37,085 nt of DNA from Candidatus Methylomirabilales bacterium (lineage in GTDB: Bacteria; Methylomirabilota; Methylomirabilia; Methylomirabilales; CSP1-5): the NCBI GenBank assembly GCA_046758505.1, contig JBHIAH010000020.1, forward strand, positions 1 through 37,085, written 5' to 3'. Below the pieces are notes generated by a model. The model saw nothing but the letters and a program-made list of their open reading frames with translations. It made no database searches and was not told the DNA's origin. The first letter of the stretch is position 1. Each line of letters starts with the position of its first letter. Shown in pieces: positions 1 to 6,956 of the stretch. Made by a program: the position numbers and the translations under genes.

Positions 1-52
1 CCTCGGGGATTGTGTCCCCTTTTGAGGTGTCCGTCAAATCGGGGGTAGCTCA
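1..52 (-). mobile_element. Probable terminal inverted repeat (left end) of an IS3-family element running off the window edge
   Basis: Reverse complement of 27-52 is TGAGCTACCCCCGATTTGACGGACAC: 5'-TG start, C-run and GGACAC core resembling IS3-family ends. No transposase lies inside the window. Confidence 0.45.
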
Positions 53-100
53 GACCCCTTTAACTTTCGAGCATTCTGCTCGACGATAAGAATGGTGGTT

Positions 101-130
101 CCTTCCTGATTAATTTCCCTCAGGGAAAGG
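101..130. terminator. Hairpin downstream of slyD, possible terminator
   Basis: TTTCCCT-C-AGGGAAA inverted repeat (114-128) about 20 nt past the slyD stop. Confidence 0.35.
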
Positions 131-147
131 CTTCATCGCCTGGGGCA

Positions 148-594
148 TCACTCAATGGGTGCCTGTTGGATGTCCAGTACCTTGACCTCGTAGTGGAGGG
201 TCCTGCCAGCCAGGGGATGGTTGAAGTCCAGCACAACCGTTTGGTCCTTGATCTCTGCCACCCGGGCGTGAAATACGCTGCCGCTGGCATCCCGGCCCCG
301 GACATGTGCATCGACGCGCAATGCATTCTGCGCGTCTTGCGGCACCTGCTCCTTCTTCACTTCAATAAAGGCCTGCTGGTTGATCATGCCATAGCCTTCT
401 TCTGGGCTGACCGTGACTTGCTTACTCTCACCAATCGCCATTCCCTCTAAGGCCTTTTCCAGTCCCGGGATAATTTGCTGGAATCCATGAAAATAGGTCA
501 ACGGCGAAGCACCGACATTGCTATCCATCACAGCGTTGTCTTCCAGCTTGAGGATATACTCGATGGACACTTTCATACCTGGGGAAACCTTCAT
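148..594 (-). CDS. slyD: FKBP-type peptidyl-prolyl cis-trans isomerase, SlyD family (no His/Cys-rich tail)
   Basis: Motifs PLTYFHG..QIIPGLEKALEG, VSPEEGYG and VVLDFNHPLAGRTL; GGAG RBS upstream. Confidence 0.9.
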   Translation of the reverse strand: MKVSPGMKVSIEYILKLEDNAVMDSNVGASPLTYFHGFQQIIPGLEKALEGMAIGESKQVTVSPEEGYGMINQQAFIEVKKEQVPQDAQNALRVDAHVRGRDASGSVFHARVAEIKDQTVVLDFNHPLAGRTLHYEVKVLDIQQAPIE

Positions 595-694
595 CTCGTG
601 TTCTCCTGCATTGCCTTGCAGGCTTCGGCTTCCACGGCCATTTCCAGAAAACCAAAAACCCTGGAGCGACCTTCCCCCTTGCCGAAGACACGCT

Positions 695-724
695 AAAAAA
701 GGACCCGCAAAGGCTTGCGAAGTC
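695..724 (-). terminator. Intrinsic-terminator-like hairpin plus U-run inside the slyD 5' leader
   Basis: Minus strand GAC(T)TCGCAA-GCCT-TTGCGGGTC followed by CTTTTTT. Confidence 0.5.
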
Positions 725-776
725 TCTGGGGGCTGTGAAAGTAATCAAAAGGGCGGTCCGTCGCCCGTGCCCTGTA

Positions 777-805
777 ACCATACAGGCAACCCGCTCTGGC
801 GTCAA
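777..805 (-). promoter_or_regulatory. Sigma70-type promoter for the slyD leader
   Basis: Minus strand TTGACG (805-800), 17 nt spacer, TATGGT (782-777). Confidence 0.55.
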
Positions 806-832
806 GGTTACGTGAGGTTGACTCCGGGGGGC

Positions 833-858
833 AGAAAAGGTGTGAGGGACCTTTTTCT
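833..858. repeat. REP-like palindrome
   Basis: AGAAAAGGT-GTGAGGG-ACCTTTTTCT imperfect palindrome of the AAAGGTGTCAGGAACCTTT type often seen near RAYT genes (recalled similarity). Confidence 0.4.
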
Positions 859-1156
859 TATTTATATAGCTTCGGCCCGTGCACGTACGGTAATCCCGCA
901 ACTCGGTATCTAAAATGAGCTCCGTGTTGCGGCAAGGGAGTCAGTCAGGATTCCCGCATTGGGCCATATCCTCCGGGAAGAAGGGCGACAAGGTTTGATT
1001 CGGGCACTCGGTCCGTTGGACCTTGGCACGCTAGGCATGCGGACCACGAAGGGTAAGGGATCTAGGCTGGAAGTAAAAGCATAAAGTCGCTGATCGTTTG
1101 GGTGGCATCGGTGGTTCTCTTGCGTAGCTTTTTCTGTTCAGCAGTCAATCATGCAT

Positions 1157-1480
1157 TTAGCCTCCTTCCTCTCCCCTTTCCACCGGCAGGCATCCCGGCG
1201 TTCCCCACGACGGCCACTCGGCCAACCAGCTTTGGAACGCACCGCTAAAGGACTCCAGCGGATGGTACCGCGGGCTGTAATCAATGCTCTGGCTGCCGAG
1301 GTTGGCGATCACCGCCCTCGGATCCAAGATCATAATCTCATCGCTTGCCAGGAGGACGACCGGGTAGAGGTGGCCCTCCATGTTCGCGATCTCCAGTCTG
1401 CCCTCAAGCTGGAACTGCAGGCCGGACGGGTAGAATATGCGATACTGATGCCTTGCTTCGCCGACCTTCGAGTCATTCAT
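1157..1480 (-). CDS. Hypothetical protein (about 107 aa)
   Basis: GGAGG RBS before ATG 1480 and globular-looking composition; no family recognised. Confidence 0.55.
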   Translation of the reverse strand: MNDSKVGEARHQYRIFYPSGLQFQLEGRLEIANMEGHLYPVVLLASDEIMILDPRAVIANLGSQSIDYSPRYHPLESFSGAFQSWLAEWPSWGTPGCLPVERGEEGG

Positions 1481-1583
1481 GCGGATGCCCTCCATCGCAA
1501 GGATTCATCGTGCAAATTTGCAAGATGTGGGCCATTCCGGCAATCTCGGGCAGGTGGAGCAGGGGAACTGTCCCGCGCCTAGG

Positions 1584-1755
1584 GGGATTCCGGGGACACA
1601 ATACTGATTTCTGCTTGACTCCCACGTGGCCAGTCTCATACCTTTGGCGCATGGCTCGGATTTCCAAAGTTGTAGTGCCTGGTTCGAGCAAAAGCGCCCC
1701 CTGAAAATATGTATTATGTCCCCTGAATTTCCTCCATGTCCCCTGAATTTCCTCC
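1584..1755 (+). mobile_element. Internally deleted RAYT (REP-associated Y1 transposase) element with flanking inverted repeats
   Basis: Inverted repeats GGGGACACAATAC (1592-1604) and GTATTATGTCCCC (1711-1723). Mini-ORF 1651-1704 MARISKVVVPG.. resembles RAYT N-termini. Perfect 20-bp tandem duplication at 1716-1755. Confidence 0.55.
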
Positions 1756-1794
1756 TTAAGTGGAACAGGATCACTTCTGCGTGACCACTGAGCG

Positions 1795-2292
1795 ATGCCG
1801 GAGATCGATCAAGCACTCATTGATGAAACGTGGCGGCGGATCCGAGGGTACGATGCTGCGACGGCCGTTGCCGAGGCGCAACGCTTCGCGCGGGAGCAAC
1901 CCGCGGTCCTGGGTTTTACGCGCGAGTTTCTCCGCGAGTTCGACGAGGGGACGCGGGGAACAGCCCTGGGGTTTGCCTACCTCCTTTTTCAAGCGACAGA
2001 GACGGCCCGTGGGGCACCGCTTCCCTCCCTCCCCCCCGAACAGATCGAGGAACGGTCGGCCATCAATACCGAGTGGCTAGATGACCTGGAACGGGTCGAA
2101 TCTGCCCCCCTGCAGTGCTGGCAGGATCGCCTCCCGACATCGCCGGTTGCGCTCCATATCGTCCGGGCGTACGCGCCGCGCCGCGAGCACGAGGAGGGGA
2201 GCGAGCGACGGAGACGCGCCCATCTCTTGGTCTTCCTCATCACGCTGCTCGACGCCTGGGCGGGGACGCAGGGGAACTCACCGTCGCTCTAG
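1795..2292 (+). CDS. Hypothetical alpha-helical protein
   Basis: 165 aa ORF with host-like codon usage, convergent with the symporter gene and overlapping its stop. Confidence 0.7.
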   Translation: MPEIDQALIDETWRRIRGYDAATAVAEAQRFAREQPAVLGFTREFLREFDEGTRGTALGFAYLLFQATETARGAPLPSLPPEQIEERSAINTEWLDDLERVESAPLQCWQDRLPTSPVALHIVRAYAPRREHEEGSERRRRAHLLVFLITLLDAWAGTQGNSPSL

Positions 2293-3659
2293 CGCTGCGG
2301 CGATCCGGGCCCGGAGGCCCGCGTCTCGCGAAAGACGAGCAGGCTCAGTCCCAGCAGGCCGATGAGGTTGGGGATGGCCATGGCCCCGTTGAGGGTATCG
2401 GCGATGTCCCAGACGAACTTGACCCCCGCCACATCCCCGGAGAAGACCGCCCCCAGGACGATAACCCCGCACCAAACCCAGCGGTAGGGGAGCGAGACCC
2501 AGACGCCGAAGAGGTAGTCGGTGCACTTCAGGCCGTAGTATGACCAGGCGAGGAGGGTGGAATACCCGAAGGTGATCGAGCCGAAGGCCACGATCCATCC
2601 TCCCACGGGGCCCAGGACCTGGCCAAAGGCGTTCGCGGTCAGGGCGGTGCTGGTCAGCCCGCTGGTCCACGCGCCGGTGAGCACGATCGCCAACGTCGTG
2701 ATCGTGTTGATCAGCAGCGTATCAATGAAGACCCCGAGCATGGCGATGTGCCCTTGCCGGATGGGGTCCCGCGTCTGCGCTGCCGCGTGGGCGATGGAGG
2801 CGGTCCCGAGCCCCGCCTCGTTCGAGAAGATGCCGCGGGCGACGCCGTACCGTAAGGCCTGGGCCACCGCCGCCCCGGCGAATCCTCCGACCGCGGCCTG
2901 GCCGGTAAAGGCCGTCCGAAAGATGAGGGCAAAAGCTTCAGGCACCGCGCTGATCCTGAGCAGGATGATGATGACCCCCCCGACGAAGTAGATCACGCAC
3001 ATCACCGGGACCAAGATCTCGGCCACCTCCGCGATCCGCTTGATCCCCCCGATGATGACCAGATAGGTGAGCACGGCGAGCCCAAGGCCGCTCAACCATA
3101 GAGGGATGCCCAGCTCGGTGCGGAACACCAGGGCCACCGAGTTGGCCTGCACCATGTTCCCGATGCCGAAGGCGGCCACGGCTCCGAAGAGGGCAAAGAG
3201 CCATCCGAGCCACGGCGCACCGAGGCCGTTCTTCAGGAAGTACATGGTCCCTCCGGCCATGGTCCCATCGGGTTCCCGCTCCCGGTACTTGACGCCCAAC
3301 ATGGCCTCGGCGTATTTGGTGGCCATCCCCACCAGTCCCGTGAGCCACATCCAGACGGCGGCCCCCGGACCGCCCAGGGCGATGGCGGTGGCGACGCCGG
3401 CGATGTTGCCGTTCCCCACCGTCGCCGAGATCGCCGTCATGAGCGCCTGAAAGGGAGTAATGTCCCCGGCCCCGAGCTCTGCCTTGTCCTTGCGGAAGGC
3501 TCCGCGCATGGTGAGCCGCCACGCGTGGCCAAAGCGTCGGGCCTGGACGACCCTGGTCCCGATGGTAAGCCAGATTCCGGTCCCGATGAGGAGGATCATC
3601 ATCGGGGGTCCCCACACGAAGGCGTTGATGACCCCGATCAGATCGAAGATTGCTTGCAT
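2289..3659 (-). CDS. Sodium:alanine/glycine symporter (AGCS/AlsT family)
   Basis: GxGNIAGVATAI..GGPGAAVWMW, TKYAE, RGIFSNEAGLG and FIDT motifs; many TM segments. Confidence 0.95.
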   Translation of the reverse strand: MQAIFDLIGVINAFVWGPPMMILLIGTGIWLTIGTRVVQARRFGHAWRLTMRGAFRKDKAELGAGDITPFQALMTAISATVGNGNIAGVATAIALGGPGAAVWMWLTGLVGMATKYAEAMLGVKYREREPDGTMAGGTMYFLKNGLGAPWLGWLFALFGAVAAFGIGNMVQANSVALVFRTELGIPLWLSGLGLAVLTYLVIIGGIKRIAEVAEILVPVMCVIYFVGGVIIILLRISAVPEAFALIFRTAFTGQAAVGGFAGAAVAQALRYGVARGIFSNEAGLGTASIAHAAAQTRDPIRQGHIAMLGVFIDTLLINTITTLAIVLTGAWTSGLTSTALTANAFGQVLGPVGGWIVAFGSITFGYSTLLAWSYYGLKCTDYLFGVWVSLPYRWVWCGVIVLGAVFSGDVAGVKFVWDIADTLNGAMAIPNLIGLLGLSLLVFRETRASGPGSPQR

Positions 3660-3749
3660 GGCCGTTTATCTCCGTCGTGAAGTTGCGGCCGCCACGAACC
3701 CTCTGCCGTCCCCTATCCCCGACGTGCGCCACCGGGGAGCGGGAACTGC

Positions 3750-4084
3750 TCAACGCGAATCCACCCGATACCCTGCCTCCTGCCAGGCCTGGAAGCCCCC
3801 CACGAGCACGGCAACCGCAGGGAAGCCCCTTGCCTGCGCTGCGGCCGCCGCCCGGGCGGCCGACTTCTCCTCAGGTCAGGTTCAGTAAAAGACGAGTGAC
3901 GTGCCGGCGGGAAGTCCGCCTAGCCATACCTCGAACTCGGTGAGGGGGAGGCAGATTGCCCCGGGGATGTGGCCGCGGGCGTAGACCGATTCCCGCCGGA
4001 CATCGACGAGGAGCAGCGTATCCCCTCGGTCGAGGTGCGCCTTCACGGTTTCGGGGCCAGGCGCGCGATCTGATGTTCTTCCAT
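3750..4084 (-). CDS. Single-domain rhodanese-like protein, candidate selenoprotein with two in-frame UGA (UxU); 1-nt frameshift near 4053-4056
   Basis: Manual translation: MEEHQIARLAP/ETVKAHLDRGDTLLLVDVRRESVYARGHIPGAICLP...SLVFY-U-T-U-PEEKSAARAAAAAQARGFPAVAVLVGGFQAWQEAGYRVDSR. Shows rhodanese DVR, GHIPGA and LxGGxxAW motifs; TGA at 3884-3882 and 3878-3876. Confidence 0.8.
3842..3862 (-). promoter_or_regulatory. Candidate bacterial SECIS hairpin
   Basis: 8-bp stem CGGCCGCC/GGCGGCCG with loop CGGGC; the loop starts 21 nt after the second UGA and 27 nt after the first. Confidence 0.55.
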
Positions 4085-4090
4085 GCCCCG

Positions 4091-4119
4091 AGGCTAGCTT
4101 TAGGGTTTCTGCTTGTCAA
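4091..4119 (-). promoter_or_regulatory. Sigma70 promoter giving a leaderless rhodanese mRNA
   Basis: TTGACA (4119-4114), 17 nt spacer, TAGCCT (4096-4091), then 6 nt to ATG 4084; no SD sequence. Confidence 0.7.
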
Positions 4120-4151
4120 TGGTTCGTCACGATTCTCGCGTGGTGAGATTC

Positions 4152-4940
4152 CTACCACCGCCACGCCACCCCGACTCCTGTAAAGTAATCGGGGTTCTTC
4201 GCATTGAACACGCCCACCCCGGCGCGCGCGTCCAACTGCAAATCGTCATTGATGAGATAGGTCAAGCCACCATCAAAGAAGCTCGCATTTGGGCCCCCCT
4301 CGCTCTCGGGTACACGACCAAAGTATTCGACGAATGCGCCCCACGTCTCGGTCAGCGCGAAGCCCAGGACCAGGCTTCCCGAGAACTGGTGGAAGCGCTC
4401 GTCAGCCTCACTGGCGAAGCTGTACGTGAGATTCGACCCCAGCGAGAATCGCTCCGAGAGATCCCAGGCCGACGCGAGCGTCACCTCGGGCTGGGGGTCG
4501 TCCTCGCTGAAGTCGTCATCCCCGGTTGGGAGCGTGGTCGCGACGATGACGGCCACGGCGGGCCGAGTCAGCTCGAACCGCTCCGAGCTCTCCACGAGCT
4601 TGACCTTGACGCCGAGCGACGTATCCTCGAACCCGTGCGCGTCCGCATCGTGACTGTCGAGCCAGACATGGGAGTTGCCGGCGAGCCGAAGCTCAATCCG
4701 TGGCCCGAGGCCCACGCGGAGTAGCAACTCACCCAGGGCATGTTTTTTCTCATCCTCGCGCTTCGAAAAGGTGTACCCGGCTTCGAGCTGCCATCGTCCG
4801 GGTGGGACGGTCTCGGTGCTTTCGGTGAAGTCGGGCCGGTCGGTGACGAGCGGCTCCGCTTTGGCCTCGGGCACGATGCCCCATCCTGGCGGGCCCAGCA
4901 GGATCAGTGCGGTGCAGGTCCATGCATACCCGCGCGTCAC
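4152..4940 (-). CDS. Putative outer-membrane beta-barrel (Phenol_MetA_deg / 'transporter' family)
   Basis: Signal peptide, LVTDRPDFTES..TVP.G..QLEAG N-terminal motif, alternating beta-strands, C-terminal aromatic (AWRW). Confidence 0.75.
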   Translation of the reverse strand: MTRGYAWTCTALILLGPPGWGIVPEAKAEPLVTDRPDFTESTETVPPGRWQLEAGYTFSKREDEKKHALGELLLRVGLGPRIELRLAGNSHVWLDSHDADAHGFEDTSLGVKVKLVESSERFELTRPAVAVIVATTLPTGDDDFSEDDPQPEVTLASAWDLSERFSLGSNLTYSFASEADERFHQFSGSLVLGFALTETWGAFVEYFGRVPESEGGPNASFFDGGLTYLINDDLQLDARAGVGVFNAKNPDYFTGVGVAWRW

Positions 4941-5006
4941 GTTCAGCGTTCCTCCGAGCTCGGCAATGCGCCATCCGCTGCAAGCGAATGGGGGGCGCGG
5001 TTTCGA

Positions 5007-6785
5007 TTATCGCCTTGCGTATCCGTCGTGCTGCAGGCGCCAGAGGCGGGCGTAGAGACCCCCCTTGGTCAGGAGCGCCTGGTGAATCCCCTCCTCCACC
5101 AGCTCGCCGTGGTGGAGGACGAGGATCCGGTCCGCCGCCGCCGCGCTGTTCAGCCGGTGGGCGATGATGAGGAGGGTCTTGCCTCGGGTCAGATCGCGGA
5201 GCCGGCGGGAGAATGCCGCCTCGGTGGCCGGATCGATGCTCGAGGTCGCCTCGTCGAGGATCAAGATGTCGGGGGCGTAGGCGAGGGCTCGGGCGAGCCC
5301 GATGAGCTGCCGCTCCCCCATCGAGAGGGACGCCCCGCGCTCGGAGAGGCGGGTGGCGAGGCCGGCCGGGAGACGCTCGATCACCGGTGAGGCGCCGGCG
5401 AGGTCGAGGGCGCGCTGGGCCGCCTCTGGGCTCACCCGCTCGCCCACGTGAAGATTCGCGGCGATGCTCGCCGAAAAGAGAAAAGGGTCCTGGGGAATGA
5501 GGCCGATCCGTCGGCGGAGTGCGGTGAGGTCCAGCTCCCGGATATCCCGTCCATCCGCCAGGATGGCGCCCCGGTCGATCTCGTAGAGGCGCGTGAGGAG
5601 GTTCACCACCGTGCTCTTGCCTGCGCCGGTGGCGCCGACCAGGGCCACCCGCTCGCCCGGCTGAATCGTGAAGGAGAGCCCCTTGAGGACGGGCTCTCCG
5701 GAACGATAGGCAAACCAGACCTCCCTGAACTCGATCGCTCCCTGGAGCGAACGTGGGTGATGCCCGTTCCCGTCGTGCTCCGGCGACTCGTCCAACAGGT
5801 CGAAGATCCGCTCGGACGAGGCCATGGCCGACTGCATGACGTAATACTTTTCGCTGAGATCCTTGATGGGGGTGAAGAACCGTTGGAGGTACTCCAGGAA
5901 GGCCACCAGGACGCCCAAAGTGAGGGCCTCCTGCACCACCTGTCCCCCGCCGACCCAGATGATGAGTCCCAACCCGATGGCGGCGATCACCTCCACCGCC
6001 GGATAGAAGAGGGCGTAAAAGAGAAGCGCCAGCAGTGTCGCCTCCCGGTGCTCGGCGTTCACGCCGGCAAAGCGGGTGGCCATGGCCTCTTCTCGCCCGA
6101 AGGCCTGGATCACCCCCATCCCGTTCAGGCTCTCCTGGAGGAAGGCGTTCAGCCGGCTGAGCTTCTGCCGGATCAGGCGGTACGCCCCCCGCGCCTTCTT
6201 TTGAAAGAGAATGACCACGCCGATCAGCAGGGGGAGAATCGTAAAGGCGATGAGGGATAGTTTCAGGTCGAGATAGAGCATTGCCGCCACGATGGCACAG
6301 GCGGTGAGGAGGTCCCCGAGGGCGCTGACCAACCCGCTGGTGAACAGCTCTTTCAGGTTCTCGACGTCCGAGGTCACGCGGGTGAAGATCCGGCCGCCGG
6401 GGTGTGCGTCGAAATAACGGAGGGAGAGGCGGTTGAGATGGCGGAAGAGTGCGAGCCGCACGTCGGTCATGATCCGCTGCCCAGTCCAGTGCGTGCACCA
6501 GAGGAGGCCGTATCGTACCGCACCCTCGGCGGCCAGCACGCCCAGGTAGAGGAGGGCAAGCCCCCAGAGCCCTTGCAGGCGGGCCGGGACGATGTAGCTG
6601 TCGATGGCGACCTTGAGAAGGTACGGGCGGATGACCTCGAGCCCCGAGGCCAGGACGAGGAGGGTTGCCGAGCCGGCCAGGGCCGTCCGATAGGGGATGA
6701 GGTACACGAGGAGGCGTTTCATCAGCCGGGCGTCGTACGCCCGTCCAACGATCGTCTCCTCTTCGTGTCGCACCATGCTCGCCAT
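5007..6785 (-). CDS. ABC exporter fused permease/ATPase, MdlB-like
   Basis: N-terminal TMD, Walker A GATGAGKST, signature LSMGERQ, Walker B ILILDEATS. Start at 6785 or 6776. Confidence 0.92.
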   Translation of the reverse strand: MASMVRHEEETIVGRAYDARLMKRLLVYLIPYRTALAGSATLLVLASGLEVIRPYLLKVAIDSYIVPARLQGLWGLALLYLGVLAAEGAVRYGLLWCTHWTGQRIMTDVRLALFRHLNRLSLRYFDAHPGGRIFTRVTSDVENLKELFTSGLVSALGDLLTACAIVAAMLYLDLKLSLIAFTILPLLIGVVILFQKKARGAYRLIRQKLSRLNAFLQESLNGMGVIQAFGREEAMATRFAGVNAEHREATLLALLFYALFYPAVEVIAAIGLGLIIWVGGGQVVQEALTLGVLVAFLEYLQRFFTPIKDLSEKYYVMQSAMASSERIFDLLDESPEHDGNGHHPRSLQGAIEFREVWFAYRSGEPVLKGLSFTIQPGERVALVGATGAGKSTVVNLLTRLYEIDRGAILADGRDIRELDLTALRRRIGLIPQDPFLFSASIAANLHVGERVSPEAAQRALDLAGASPVIERLPAGLATRLSERGASLSMGERQLIGLARALAYAPDILILDEATSSIDPATEAAFSRRLRDLTRGKTLLIIAHRLNSAAAADRILVLHHGELVEEGIHQALLTKGGLYARLWRLQHDGYARR

Positions 6786-6811
6786 CCCGTTTCGTGACCT
6801 CGCTAACGCAT

Positions 6812-6956
6812 TTCAGAATTGAGCATTAAGCAGTGAGCCTTGAACTCTCAATCCTCGATTCTGAATTCTGAGCTATGAACCCTGAACCCTGAACTTTGCT
6901 CTCAACTCTGACCTCTGAGCCCTCAGCCCTCAACTCTCAACTCTGGACTCTGGACT
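6812..6956. repeat. Degenerate heptamer tandem array (about 20 units)
   Basis: ctgaacc/ctgaact/ctcaact/ctgagcc/ctggact-type 7-mers, overlapping the 3' end of the upstream ABC gene. Confidence 0.85.

Noticed and set aside
875..895. GCACGTACGGT resembling group II intron domain V
   Set aside because: The complementary GAGCCG..TGC 5' arm and domain VI are absent.
910..1152. Minus-strand frame MIDC-TGA-TEK.. as a second selenoprotein
   Set aside because: No recognisable fold or homologous Cys context, and no convincing SECIS hairpin.
3660..4150. Glycine riboswitch expected upstream of an AGCS symporter
   Set aside because: No GGAGA..CCGAAG..CTCTCAGG aptamer pattern was found; the space is occupied by the rhodanese gene.
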